This document shows positions 18,580 to 28,966 of a stretch of 64,000 nt of DNA, piece after piece. The stretch comes from a virus. Lineage: Duplodnaviria > Caudoviricetes. The translations under genes were made by a program, and so were the position numbers. Positions within the stretch are counted from its first letter, which is position 1; the number at the start of each line of letters is the position of its first letter. The stretch covers positions 24,692 through 88,691 of the IMG/VR virus record IMGVR_UViG_2684623229_000001; one strand, given 5' to 3'. A model generated the notes under the pieces. The model was not told the DNA's origin and made no database searches. It saw only the letters and a list, made by a program, of their open reading frames with translations.

Positions 18580-18858
18580 TTAGTCCTCCTTTTCTAATCC
18601 ATCAATTCTATGATGAGCACTCTTAGTACTTTCTTCTACTTTAATTAATCTAGTATTTACATCTTCTATTTTTCTATCTGCTGCCTTTAAATCTAATCTT
18701 ATATCATCTACACCTTTTGAAATATAATCTAATTTTAAAGCAGTTATCCCTTCATTTTTTCCTTCTTCTTTATTATCCTTTTCTTTAAGTCTTTTATATC
18801 CTAAATAGCTTAATGTAGCACCTAAAATAGTGTACAGTATTGATATTTCAATATTCAT
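18580..18858 (-). CDS. Lysis accessory membrane/coiled-coil protein (XhlA-like)
   Basis: N-terminal TM, coiled coil, VEESTKSAHHRID. Confidence 0.65.
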   Translation of the reverse strand: MNIEISILYTILGATLSYLGYKRLKEKDNKEEGKNEGITALKLDYISKGVDDIRLDLKAADRKIEDVNTRLIKVEESTKSAHHRIDGLEKED

Positions 18859-19027
18859 ACGTCACCTCTCTTAATAAAAATAGGCAAAATAAAAAGACCT
18901 GATATGGTCCCTACTTTGCCTTTATAAACTATTTAATTATGTGTCGCTTTATGTATCAAAAGCGACGTAAAATTAAATTTGCGTCGCTTTATTAAGAATA
19001 CTGTGATACAACTATTTTTTTAAAAAC

Positions 19028-19222
19028 TTAGATATAAAGCTCCTTATTTTTTTTACGTATCCATTCTTTACAATTGTCTAAAAACTCAAATCGGTCATAT
19101 CTATAGCTTACATGAATCAAGTCTACATACTCCATAGTACCAACTTTATAAACGTTTATATTTCCTAATCCATCAGCTTCAAAAAAGTAATTATCTAAAT
19201 TTACGCTATCTTCATAAAACAT
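19028..19222 (-). CDS. Hypothetical protein
   Basis: ORF with GAAGGTG SD between tail and lysis modules. Confidence 0.55.
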   Translation of the reverse strand: MFYEDSVNLDNYFFEADGLGNINVYKVGTMEYVDLIHVSYRYDRFEFLDNCKEWIRKKNKELYI

Positions 19223-19303
19223 TATTCTTCACCTTCCTTGTTTTTAATATTGATTTGCTTTACTTTTCTGTTTGGTGAACTCCTAAAAATATTTAATTTT
19301 TCA

Positions 19304-19540
19304 CTATTGCGTAACAGCTTTTTCTATAGTATCTTCTACGTTTAATTCTTGATTTCCTGCATCTTCTTTTTCAGCTGGGTTAACTCTAGCCATTAACTCG
19401 CTATACTGTTCCATATCAATCTGGTTAAAAGTATAGAATACATTTAGTTTATTATTCATATCTTCCTTTTCGTAGTAATTATTATCAATTAAATTTTTTA
19501 ATAAATCATACAATATCATATTATTTACCTTCCTTTTCAT
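19304..19540 (-). CDS. Small tail-associated protein (XkdX-like)
   Basis: Position; KLNVFY...I..EQYSEL motif. Confidence 0.55.
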   Translation of the reverse strand: MKRKVNNMILYDLLKNLIDNNYYEKEDMNNKLNVFYTFNQIDMEQYSELMARVNPAEKEDAGNQELNVEDTIEKAVTQ

Positions 19541-19871
19541 TTAAATTTTTATTATTTAATACTTCTTTATATTTTAAATCAACCACTTCAGCTTGTGTTT
19601 TTAGCAGTTCACTTTTCAATTTCTCTTCTTCTGTTTCTATATGTTCTTTATATTTGTCTATAACTATTTTTTTAGTTTCCACATCAACATGATAAATATC
19701 TGCATTATCTAACACTGTACTTCCATATTCCAAATCTATATAATCTATTTCTTTAGGTCGTAAATCATTAACTTCTTCTTGTGTTAACCCAGAATCGTAA
19801 CGCTCTTCTAAACAATCATTTAAGACTATACCAGTAGCTTTATTAAAAATAATTCTTTCTCCTATTTGCAT
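19521..19871 (-). CDS. Tail-fibre-associated protein / chaperone
   Basis: Follows the fibre gene; C-terminal coiled coil. Confidence 0.55.
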   Translation of the reverse strand: MQIGERIIFNKATGIVLNDCLEERYDSGLTQEEVNDLRPKEIDYIDLEYGSTVLDNADIYHVDVETKKIVIDKYKEHIETEEEKLKSELLKTQAEVVDLKYKEVLNNKNLNEKEGK

Positions 19872-19883
19872 TAATACACCTCC

Positions 19884-21269
19884 CTATTCGAAAGCCCAAT
19901 ATTTCAACGTTATATCTGTATTTCTATCACTTATTACAATGTTAAACCCATTACTTACAATTTTAGTTTCAGAATAATCAAAACCACAAGAATCATGACT
20001 AAATACTTCTGCATGAGCACCATATACAGCTCTACCATAGCGTTCATATATATCTTTTGTGCTAGATTTTATACTGTAGAATGCCGTGTCATCTCCTCTA
20101 ACATCTAAATAGTGACCTGTTACTATTACTTTTGATGGTGTAAAAGATAGCCCCCTTATCTGTACCACTAGCTGTGTTGTTCCTGTTTCTGCAATCGTAC
20201 GTGTACCAGTAGCAAATCTTTTACCAGTATTAATATTAGCAACTTTATTTATTAAATTATTTAAAGATTCATTACCATTTGATGGTTGTTGTTTTGAAGT
20301 TAAATTACTTGCAAAAGTATTTTTTAAATTTTGTATTTTATTACTTTGTTGTTGAAAAGTATCACTAGCCAATAATGGATTTCCAACAACGCTAGATATT
20401 AGATTTTTACCATTATTGGCATTTTGAAAAAGCTCATTTACAGCACTTACTAAATTAGTTTTATTTGAAGTTTTTAAATTTATTAAATCACCTTGTTTTG
20501 TCGTAATATCAACCAATCGCGAAGTTGTAGATTGCTCTAACTTATCTATATTATCCTGTACTGTATCTATAGAATCTTTATTTTTATTAATTAAATTTAA
20601 TAGATTACCTGCTACATCTCCGCTTAGTATTCCTTTAATTCCATCAAACCATATCTTAAAATCTGTTTCTAACTTTTTTCTTATGTTTTGTAATTCTTCT
20701 TCTGTTTTCCCTGTTATATTTTTATACCATTCTAAATACTGATTAAATATTGTTGTTGTATCAACCTGATCTACTATACCATGTACTATTCCACACACTT
20801 CTTTATTAAGTCTTAAGTCTGTTATATCAACTTGCGTTACACTTATAGATCCAGCATTAACTTTTATATCTGCTAATCCTAATTCATACATATCAGCATC
20901 TCTGGTCAATTGTGGTGCTTTAGGTTCACTAGCAAACTCACCTTTTTTTATCTTTGCTCTTATTTCTCTTTCAACAACATCATATCGCAATACTATCTTA
21001 TCTATTCTATGCAATACCCCATCTGCAACATCTATAGGTAAAATTAAATCATCTGTGTTTTCATACTTATAGCCATTAATCCAACCCTTACCTGGCTTAA
21101 CTATTACCTGCATTCTATCCGTTCCTATTACCTGTAAATTTGTAGATGGGTTAGGAAACACACCATTTCCAATAAAACTAGCAAAATACTCTGCATAATT
21201 TTCTGCCTTATATATCCTATCCCATGTATCACCCACTTTCATAGCATTAAAAAACCCTGACTTTTCCAT
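19884..21269 (-). CDS. Baseplate/tail fibre (receptor-binding) protein
   Basis: MEKSGFFNA...DRIY...GNGVF and ITDLRLN..CG motifs; LKT.NKTNLV.A.NE fibre motif. Confidence 0.75.
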   Translation of the reverse strand: MEKSGFFNAMKVGDTWDRIYKAENYAEYFASFIGNGVFPNPSTNLQVIGTDRMQVIVKPGKGWINGYKYENTDDLILPIDVADGVLHRIDKIVLRYDVVEREIRAKIKKGEFASEPKAPQLTRDADMYELGLADIKVNAGSISVTQVDITDLRLNKEVCGIVHGIVDQVDTTTIFNQYLEWYKNITGKTEEELQNIRKKLETDFKIWFDGIKGILSGDVAGNLLNLINKNKDSIDTVQDNIDKLEQSTTSRLVDITTKQGDLINLKTSNKTNLVSAVNELFQNANNGKNLISSVVGNPLLASDTFQQQSNKIQNLKNTFASNLTSKQQPSNGNESLNNLINKVANINTGKRFATGTRTIAETGTTQLVVQIRGLSFTPSKVIVTGHYLDVRGDDTAFYSIKSSTKDIYERYGRAVYGAHAEVFSHDSCGFDYSETKIVSNGFNIVISDRNTDITLKYWAFE

Positions 21270-22363
21270 TATCTCACTTCCTTTTTAGATACTTTCTTTA
21301 TTCTATCTATAATAGTAGGAATGCTATCTCCAAATATACATTCTAAATTGAAACCATTCATTTCATATATCTCTTTAATCTCTGCAACCTTGCTATTAAG
21401 TATTATACCCCATTTTTTATCTTGTACAGTAACAATATCTCCCAAATCCCAATCTTCTCCATAAATAAAAGCTCCATAAGGGATTACTTGTGCTTCAAAT
21501 GTTTCCACTATCTTATATTCTTGTAATCTTTGTTTACCCATAGTTGTAAGTTCTGTAATATTATCCGCCTGGCTACAATCTATAAAAGTTTCTTTCCTGT
21601 ACCAACCTTTAATATTTCCCACTTGTTGTATTAATCTTTTTTCATCTTCGCCTTTTCCTCCAACATAAACCACATTTTTATAACTTAACAAACTTTTTAG
21701 GAAATGCTTATTTCTAATATTTTCAAAATCCATACTGAAAATCACTGGAGGATTTTCTTCCTGGTCTGCAGTAAGATCCCTTCCTTCTATAACATCAAAT
21801 ATAAAATTATTATTAGATGTGTCTAATGTTATGTCCCAACCTAAATTACTATATTCAGTTATCTCCTGTATCTTATCTGCTAAGTTTTCATAACGAGTAC
21901 GCCAAGCATCTTGTTTTCCTCTTTGTTTATCTTTAGCAATAACTAAATTAGGAATAATTCTATCTTTATCTACTGGATTGACAGCGTTATTATCTACAAA
22001 TCTTTTTATTATAGTCTCTTGTGCGCCTGTTGCATTGTCGTATCCTTGTCCTATAGGTGGTACTGTTGTTCTGTCTTTAATTTTCCCCTTTAAAGTAGCT
22101 CCTTTAATAACTAACTGTTCTTTACCATCTTCACTCGTAGATTTATCCATAAACTCTATAATTCCTACTTTATTAAAATAAGCTCCTAAAAGGATTAGGT
22201 TATCCTCCTGGAGCTTATCTACATTATTTTTTTCTAAATTTATGTGAAGCTCAAATTCTCCTACTCGGCTAAATCTTCTTATAAATATAAGAGATTCATA
22301 GTCATCTATTTCACCTAGTAAGTTAAAATCTTTATCTATAATTCTAATTGGTACCTTATTCAT
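21269..22363 (-). CDS. Siphovirus Gp37-like tail hub protein
   Basis: GEFEL, E.FID and DWDLGDIVTV motifs; follows Dit. Confidence 0.8.
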   Translation of the reverse strand: MNKVPIRIIDKDFNLLGEIDDYESLIFIRRFSRVGEFELHINLEKNNVDKLQEDNLILLGAYFNKVGIIEFMDKSTSEDGKEQLVIKGATLKGKIKDRTTVPPIGQGYDNATGAQETIIKRFVDNNAVNPVDKDRIIPNLVIAKDKQRGKQDAWRTRYENLADKIQEITEYSNLGWDITLDTSNNNFIFDVIEGRDLTADQEENPPVIFSMDFENIRNKHFLKSLLSYKNVVYVGGKGEDEKRLIQQVGNIKGWYRKETFIDCSQADNITELTTMGKQRLQEYKIVETFEAQVIPYGAFIYGEDWDLGDIVTVQDKKWGIILNSKVAEIKEIYEMNGFNLECIFGDSIPTIIDRIKKVSKKEVR

Positions 22364-22366
22364 AAA

Positions 22367-23236
22367 CTACACTCCTATATAAAGTGGCTTATAGTATAAA
22401 GCCATTTCTAAGTTATCCAATCCTTTTTCTGCATCATATCTTAATAAATTATCTCCAACTTTTAGCTGTAAAAATTCACTTGCTAAATCTATATAATTAA
22501 ATACATTTATTTTAGTTCCATTGCTTTTTATCATTTCTACTCTTTTATTACCAAAAGATGTATTTATAACTAACTTATCTCCAGCTTGCAATGTCCTTTT
22601 AACTTTAATATATTTCCTGGTATATACATCAAATAAAGAAGGATTAACTACAGTGGCTAATGCTCTAAATTCAATCCTCATTCCACATTCTACATCCCCT
22701 TTATTCTTAGCATTGACTATTAAATTACTTATTCTATGTCCCATAATGATTCCTGTTTCTTCTGGGATTATTAAAGGAAAATGAAAATCTCCTACCCAAA
22801 GAGCTATTTCTTCTTTTTCTTCTATTAAATCCATCCATAAAGGATTAGGGCAATAAAATTGTATTAGAAACTCCTGCATATCATCTATTTGTTCTCTAAA
22901 TGTTGGTGAACTATCTACAATACAATTTATAACATGCTCACTAGCATTATTGATATAAGTAAGAGTACCATTTATCTTAGGATTAAATATACTACAAAGC
23001 TTTTGCCTCTTTCTATACATATCTTCTACAGTATCTCCTACTATAGCTCCTTCTATTGGTAAAATTCTCTCATCTAAAAAAGTTCCATGGTGTGTCTTAC
23101 CATCCTGTCCAGGAGATTTACTTGTCAATATTGTTGTTTTAGGGCTTCCTAGCTCAATTTTAGTTAAAATAAAAGGAGCAGAGTTACCTAATTCTATACT
23201 CTGTCCCCTTTCATTTTTAAATATAATTTTTTGCAA
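22367..23236 (-). CDS. Distal tail protein (Dit)
   Basis: PGQDG, FYCPNPLW, FLQLKVGDN; follows TMP. Confidence 0.8.
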   Translation of the reverse strand: MQKIIFKNERGQSIELGNSAPFILTKIELGSPKTTILTSKSPGQDGKTHHGTFLDERILPIEGAIVGDTVEDMYRKRQKLCSIFNPKINGTLTYINNASEHVINCIVDSSPTFREQIDDMQEFLIQFYCPNPLWMDLIEEKEEIALWVGDFHFPLIIPEETGIIMGHRISNLIVNAKNKGDVECGMRIEFRALATVVNPSLFDVYTRKYIKVKRTLQAGDKLVINTSFGNKRVEMIKSNGTKINVFNYIDLASEFLQLKVGDNLLRYDAEKGLDNLEMALYYKPLYIGV

Positions 23237-23249
23237 CTTCTACTCCTCC

Positions 23250-26200
23250 TTAAGATGTACTAAAGTTTAAATTCCTTATCATTACTTCATTCTTTCTCAT
23301 TATTTCACTTGGAGATAATTCTTTAGGGCTATTAAAAGTAAAACTATTGTGATTTACTATACTTTTTCTATTATCAATAGTGCTTGAAGTTACATTACTA
23401 GAATACTGTTTAATTGAATTTATCGCGGAAGATTGAGCAGCCATTGAATTTAAAGCTGAATTTCTAGCAACCTCAAAACTTTCCTGTATACTAGCTATCA
23501 TGTCCTTAAGTTCCTCTATTTTAGGCTTAAAGCCCTCTACAAGTTTTTCTCCAAGACTTTGTCCCGCTTGTTGATAAGCTTCCTCATAAGAATGTAACAA
23601 TTCAATAATTTCCTTTTGATTGTTGTCCATTATAATTCTTTCGGCTTCAGCCTGGAGTGCTGCATCATTAGTTTTTTTAGCACAGAAACTTCTATAATCC
23701 TCAAGTTGTTTTTCTAAACTTTGTCTATTGCTTTCATATATAGAATTAATATTTTTTAATTCATTTTCTTTTTCTTCCTGTAGTTGCTCTTTTTGCTTTT
23801 CTAGTTGTTCTTTATGAATCCTTTTTTCTCTCTCTTTAAGAAGATTATTAAGTTCCTTCTGGATTTCAATTTTGTTAAATTCATTATGTTCATATTCTAA
23901 TGCTGTCTCAAGCTGATTTATTTTTTTTAGTTCTTCTGCATTCTTATCAGCTTTATCTTCTTCTACAAGTTGTTTATCTATCGCTTCAATCTTAGCATCA
24001 TAAAAGCTCTCTATTCTTTTTATAGATTCATCTTTCCATCTATCTAAATTTTTAAGCTCATTATTTATGTGATCTTCTTGTGCCTTTAGTTCATCTTCAT
24101 ATCGTTGCTTTAATGCTGACTTAATTCTATCAACCATATTATTAATACTATCAGATACTTTTTTATCTGCTTCTTTTTGAGCATCTATAATCTTTTGTTT
24201 TGCATCATCAACTGCGTTGCTCATGTTAATTAGTTCAGTTTTAGCCTCTTCAAGGGCTTTCTTAGCTTTTACAGTTTCCTCTGCTGTATATCCAAAAGTT
24301 TTTGCTAATTCTTCATATCTATTTTTAAGAACCTCTATCTTTTGTCCCTGAAGAATAACTATTGCTTGATGGTTTAATAAATTTTTATTTAAATCTTTAG
24401 TATCAATACCTAACCTTTTTATAGCCTCATTGAATTCATTCAATATATTATTAAATGAATTCTCTTGTACTTTAAGAGATTTTTTAACTTCTTTTTCTCT
24501 CTTGTCTAGTAATTTCATACCATCATCATAATATTCTTTAAGCGCCCTTTTTGAACGCTCTAAGCTGTCAACTTGTGCTTTCTGATTAGCTTTAGTAGTA
24601 TTCAAAACTTGTTTCTGATACTGTCTTAAAGCAGCTATCTGATTAGCATAATTAGCCTTGGCATTTTTATCTTTAGTATTCTTTTGCAACTTTTGATAAT
24701 AGGCTATTTGTGAATCTATTCTTGCCTTTTCTGTTTGTAATTCTATAGAATTTTCATTCTTAAGAATTCTTAGCCTATCTTCTATACTCTTAGATCTATT
24801 ATCATAGTCTTCTTTTAGATATTCCTTACTCTTTTCAATTTCTTCTTTATTTAACTGATCTATAAACTCCAAATACTTCTGATATTCCTTTTTACTATTA
24901 GCTCCCCAATTTAGCTGCCTTGCTAATCTATCTTTCATTACACTTTCTGATACACCAACTCGAGGATTAACAGCTACACTTTCTTTAGCCTCCGACATGG
25001 CTTCTTTTGCAATATTTTCAGGATTATTATTAGCCTTATTATCTCCTAACAATGATGTTAATATCTTTTTAGATTCTCGATTATTAAATACTTTTTCTCC
25101 ACCGTTAAATAATCTATACTGTCTAGATGCTACTATTTCAAATCCATCTTCAGCGACCTCATGTAGTCCAGGGCTTGCATAATCAGTACCAGTAGCATAA
25201 CCTTTAGGATTTCCAACTTGCTTTTTAGACAATCTTTCTTTCATAGAGTTTGATTGTGTATTATTGAATATCTTAGTCCCCTGAGGCAAATCTACTAGTT
25301 TAGGTCCTTTACCTGGTAATTGTATTAATTCGCTGCCATCTTCATCAACCCAAGTTAAACCACCTTCAAAATAGCTTGTTCCTGTCCATTTTTGTGGCAC
25401 ATTGGGAACAAAAGGCTGATTTGGATGAATAACTTGTTGAACTACACTAGCAATAAAAGGATGTTTGCTTAGCCAGCTTTGTGCATTAGAATGTGCATCA
25501 TGTATCCAATCAAAAAGATTATAATTTGTCTTAGCTTGTACTTCTATAGCATTATTCCATATAGCTTGTTTCTTACTATCATAACCGCTTACAATAGGTT
25601 GAAACTTGGCCCCGTTTTTTAAATCTTTATCTATATCTTCTCTTGCTTTAATAGGATTACCATATATTTGTCCAGTACTTACATCCCAAGCACCAACTAT
25701 TTGCCCAGTGGCTTTATCTACTTCTACATAACAATTATGCATTTGGCCTGTTACATTATCTTTGATTTGATAATATCCAGTCTTTGTTATGTTAAGCATA
25801 CCATTCATTTTTGATGCGTAAGTATTCAACTCTATCTGCTTTTGTTGTTCCTCTTTAGTTAAGAGTGTTCCATGTTGCATATCTATATAGTTTATTAGTT
25901 GTGGATATTTTTCTATTGCTGCGTCTAAATATCCTTGATACTTTTCATTTTCTACACCTATTTCTTTTTCTTTTGCACCTTCTAATTGTTTTATTTTATC
26001 CTCAATTAACTTTTGTGTTTCCTTATCAGCATCCTTAGAATACAATTTTAAATATTCTATTTGCTTATCATAATTTTCTTTTGTTTTCTTTATTTCTTCA
26101 TCTCTAGCTTTTGCCTTTGATTCCATCAACTTAGATACTCCTTCCATATCTAAGTTTTTCATTCTAGAGTTAAAATCAGCTTGAGCTGCCAAAAGTTCTT

Positions 26201-27866
26201 CTTTAGATTTAACAGTGTTTTTCATTTCAATTGACCCAATTTGCTGGGTTAATTTTTCAACTTCTTTTAGGGTCTTCTGTCTAACATCTCCAGTTTCTTT
26301 ACTAGCTCTTTTTTCTAAATCTAATATTTTTTTCTTTGTATCTTGAATCTTTTTTATTTGATCATTTCCACTTTTATTAAGAGAATCTAATATTTTTTTC
26401 TCATTTGCATCTAATCCATCAGCCTTAAAGCTATCCTCCAAAACTTTTTTTATTTCAGGTTGCTTAGATTTTATTTTATTAATAGCACTGTTACATATAT
26501 CATCCAGTTTAGCATTAAGGTTTCTTCCAGTTTCAGCATCTGCTAATTTATCTAGTTTAGCAGCTCCTTCTACTTCAATATTATAATTAGCTATTTTATT
26601 AGCTATGCCATCTAAAGCTTTTTGAGTTTCTGGACTTACCTTTTTACTCCACTCCCTATGTTTTACATTCATTTCTTCTAATTGTTTATTGGTGCGAATA
26701 ACATGTCCATTTAGTCCCGCCATTGCAGTTTCCATAGTTCCCATATCTTCAGCACTTTTTATACAACTGTCATTTAAATATTGTGTATTTTTATGTGCTA
26801 AATATATAGCTCCTCCAACTGCTATAATTCCTGCCGCTACTGGTAATGCTATACTACCAACTGCTCCAAGTCCTCCTGCAAATAAGCCAAGTCCTCCTGA
26901 ACCTCCAGCAACTTTTGCAGCTGTACCTACACCTTCAACTGCGGTAGCTACGGTCGAAGCCTCTTTAAATATTCCGAAAAATACTCCTACTTTTTTTCCT
27001 GTTTTAAGTAGAGTACCTACACCTTTAACGGCACCACCTAATCCACTTATAAATGGTCCTAATGCCGCACTAGCAAGTCCTGTCTTAATTATGAATTCTT
27101 GTGTAGCAGGACTTAATTTATTCATCCAATCTGCAAATTGCGATATTAGATTTATACCTTTTTCTACAATTGGGAGTGCCTTTATGCCTAATTCCATAAG
27201 AGAATTTTTAGCTTTATTCATAGCCTTAACAAATTTAGTTTCTGTAGATTCTTCCATCTTATTATATGCATCTTCTAAAGCAGTAGTATTAGTTTGCATT
27301 TCTTGCATAGATGCATTATATTTTGCTATCCCATTTTCACTAGTTAACATTAAAATACTGTTTAATCCTTCTACTGAACCAAACATAGTAGCCATAGCAC
27401 TTACTGGCGAATCTGCTGCTTGTGCCATTCTCTCCAAATCTTTACTTGCATTTTTTTGTACTTTACTTAATTCCTTATATTCTTTAGTACCTTTCTTTCC
27501 TGCATTTTCTAGCTCAAGCATTTTATGAGCATTATTGCTCATGCTTTGACTTAATTTATCAAATTCAGGACTCGCATTAGATAATCCTTTCTTTACATCT
27601 TGCAAAAATCCCATCCAGCCCTTACTCTGTAGAGCTGAAACAGAAAAGTCTATACCTAATTGTTCTGCCGCTTCCCCTGCTTCTTTTGAAGGCTTTATTA
27701 TATTAGACATAGCTGCCTTAAGTGCTGTAACTGATTCTGCAGTAGCAAGACCTTGTGCAGTTGTACTTGCTAAACTAGAAAACAGTTCCTCTGTTTTAAT
27801 TCCAAGTGAAGCAGCTATTGGAGTTACTTTACCTACTGCACTTGCAAGCTCACCAAAAGTTGTTTT
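23250..27866 (-). CDS. Tape measure protein, exon 2 (spliced product ~1965 aa)
   Basis: KTTFGELAS... continues ...ITQNLG of exon 1 in frame once the intron is removed. Confidence 0.9.
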   Translation of the reverse strand, partial: KTTFGELASAVGKVTPIAASLGIKTEELFSSLASTTAQGLATAESVTALKAAMSNIIKPSKEAGEAAEQLGIDFSVSALQSKGWMGFLQDVKKGLSNASPEFDKLSQSMSNNAHKMLELENAGKKGTKEYKELSKVQKNASKDLERMAQAADSPVSAMATMFGSVEGLNSILMLTSENGIAKYNASMQEMQTNTTALEDAYNKMEESTETKFVKAMNKAKNSLMELGIKALPIVEKGINLISQFADWMNKLSPATQEFIIKTGLASAALGPFISGLGGAVKGVGTLLKTGKKVGVFFGIFKEASTVATAVEGVGTAAKVAGGSGGLGLFAGGLGAVGSIALPVAAGIIAVGGAIYLAHKNTQYLNDSCIKSAEDMGTMETAMAGLNGHVIRTNKQLEEMNVKHREWSKKVSPETQKALDGIANKIANYNIEVEGAAKLDKLADAETGRNLNAKLDDICNSAINKIKSKQPEIKKVLEDSFKADGLDANEKKILDSLNKSGNDQIKKIQDTKKKILDLEKRASKETGDVRQKTLKEVEKLTQQIGSIEMKNTVKSKEELLAAQADFNSRMKNLDMEGVSKLMESKAKARDEEIKKTKENYDKQIEYLKLYSKDADKETQKLIEDKIKQLEGAKEKEIGVENEKYQGYLDAAIEKYPQLINYIDMQHGTLLTKEEQQKQIELNTYASKMNGMLNITKTGYYQIKDNVTGQMHNCYVEVDKATGQIVGAWDVSTGQIYGNPIKAREDIDKDLKNGAKFQPIVSGYDSKKQAIWNNAIEVQAKTNYNLFDWIHDAHSNAQSWLSKHPFIASVVQQVIHPNQPFVPNVPQKWTGTSYFEGGLTWVDEDGSELIQLPGKGPKLVDLPQGTKIFNNTQSNSMKERLSKKQVGNPKGYATGTDYASPGLHEVAEDGFEIVASRQYRLFNGGEKVFNNRESKKILTSLLGDNKANNNPENIAKEAMSEAKESVAVNPRVGVSESVMKDRLARQLNWGANSKKEYQKYLEFIDQLNKEEIEKSKEYLKEDYDNRSKSIEDRLRILKNENSIELQTEKARIDSQIAYYQKLQKNTKDKNAKANYANQIAALRQYQKQVLNTTKANQKAQVDSLERSKRALKEYYDDGMKLLDKREKEVKKSLKVQENSFNNILNEFNEAIKRLGIDTKDLNKNLLNHQAIVILQGQKIEVLKNRYEELAKTFGYTAEETVKAKKALEEAKTELINMSNAVDDAKQKIIDAQKEADKKVSDSINNMVDRIKSALKQRYEDELKAQEDHINNELKNLDRWKDESIKRIESFYDAKIEAIDKQLVEEDKADKNAEELKKINQLETALEYEHNEFNKIEIQKELNNLLKEREKRIHKEQLEKQKEQLQEEKENELKNINSIYESNRQSLEKQLEDYRSFCAKKTNDAALQAEAERIIMDNNQKEIIELLHSYEEAYQQAGQSLGEKLVEGFKPKIEELKDMIASIQESFEVARNSALNSMAAQSSAINSIKQYSSNVTSSTIDNRKSIVNHNSFTFNSPKELSPSEIMRKNEVMIRNLNFSTS

Positions 27867-28966
27867 CATCAGTTATATATAGGCTCTTTATCCTATACTC
27901 TCCTAGTTTACTAAGAGTGTCGGACTATCTCTTTACCCTCATCTTTATATGTTAGGGTAGTGGATTTCGTGGATATTTCTGCATATAAAAAAGGCACTCT
28001 ATTGAGCACCTTAATTACTTAGCCTACTTTATCTAGTCTCTACGCCTTTCTAATGATTTCTCATTAGCTTGGCTCGGGATTAGCATATAAATTTTAATTT
28101 CATTATTCGGAATACCTAATTTTCTTATTCTATGTCTTAGAACATATATGGAAATATTGTATTTACTACTTATTTCCTTAAGTGTTAGTCCTTCAATAAT
28201 TACAGCATCTTTTCTTAATTTATAACGCCTAACCAATTTATCTATGGTTATTTCTTGTTTTGAATTTAATAGTTCAAAATATCTACTAACTATAGTTTTA
28301 TATTCAAAACCATTTTTTTCTGCAATTTCACCTAAAGTCATATCTTCTATTTTAACTGTTATTCTTCTATTTCTTTCGTTAGTTTTATAATCTACCCATC
28401 TACAATTATCTGGACAATAACCTCTATCATTATCTTCTCTATCTAGAGTAAGATTTTCCTCGTATCCGTTTTTAATTGCCCATTCATGAAATTTTTCAAA
28501 ATCTAGCCATTCTTCACAAATAGTAATTCCCCTAGCTCCATAATCTTTATACCTTTGAGAATTAGGATTTAAGCATCTTTGTTTTATAGATTTCCATCTA
28601 TTATGTAATGATGTTTTTGTAAATCCATGAACTTTATTGGCTTCCCTAGCTTTTTCTTTTTGATAACAACCACATGAAGTAGTTGATCCACTCATTAAAT
28701 GACCAGCTTGAATACTTTTTATTTTTCCACATTTACACTTACATATCCATTTAGTTCTTTTAGAAGAATAATCTCTTTCTATAACAATTAGCTTCCCAAA
28801 TTTTTTTCCCGTTAAATCAATTAGTTTCGGCATTTTAATCACCTCAATTTTATTATAACTTAAAATTAAGGTAATCACTATAAAAAAATTAAAACTTACT
28901 TAGCTTTCCCCGAATTAACCCACTAATTTATGCTACAAGTTTCCTTGTAGCCGAGCAAACATCTTT
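27867..28966 (-). ncRNA. Group I self-splicing intron (1100 nt)
   Basis: 5' exon ends in U, intron ends in G; P1 with U.G pair; P2 GCUACAAG-GAAA-CUUGUAGC; P3 UAGUGGGUU/AAUCCACUA; P AAUUCGGGGAA, Q AAUCCCGAGC, R GUAGAGACUA, S AAGAGAUAGUCC. Confidence 0.93.
28033..28833 (-). CDS. Intron-encoded homing endonuclease (HNH-like, Cys-rich)
   Basis: DLTGKKFG..WICKCKCG..SCGC and YGARGI.IC.EW..LTLDREDND.GY.PDNCRW; start after GAGGTG; 3' end overlaps intron Q/R. Confidence 0.85.
   Translation of the reverse strand: MPKLIDLTGKKFGKLIVIERDYSSKRTKWICKCKCGKIKSIQAGHLMSGSTTSCGCYQKEKAREANKVHGFTKTSLHNRWKSIKQRCLNPNSQRYKDYGARGITICEEWLDFEKFHEWAIKNGYEENLTLDREDNDRGYCPDNCRWVDYKTNERNRRITVKIEDMTLGEIAEKNGFEYKTIVSRYFELLNSKQEITIDKLVRRYKLRKDAVIIEGLTLKEISSKYNISIYVLRHRIRKLGIPNNEIKIYMLIPSQANEKSLERRRD

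Noticed and set aside
18941-18990. Three GTCGCTTT/AAAGCGAC copies as a riboswitch or invertase site
   Set aside because: Adequately explained as terminator-type hairpins; no aptamer or invertase evident
19884-21269. Diversity-generating retroelement target
   Set aside because: No reverse transcriptase or template repeat seen in the window
26689-27528. 279-aa plus-strand ORF and the other short antisense ORFs in the track (e.g. 609-797, 6814-7113, 35391-35744, 62726-63082)
   Set aside because: They are shadows of real genes on the opposite strand, with no recognisable motifs
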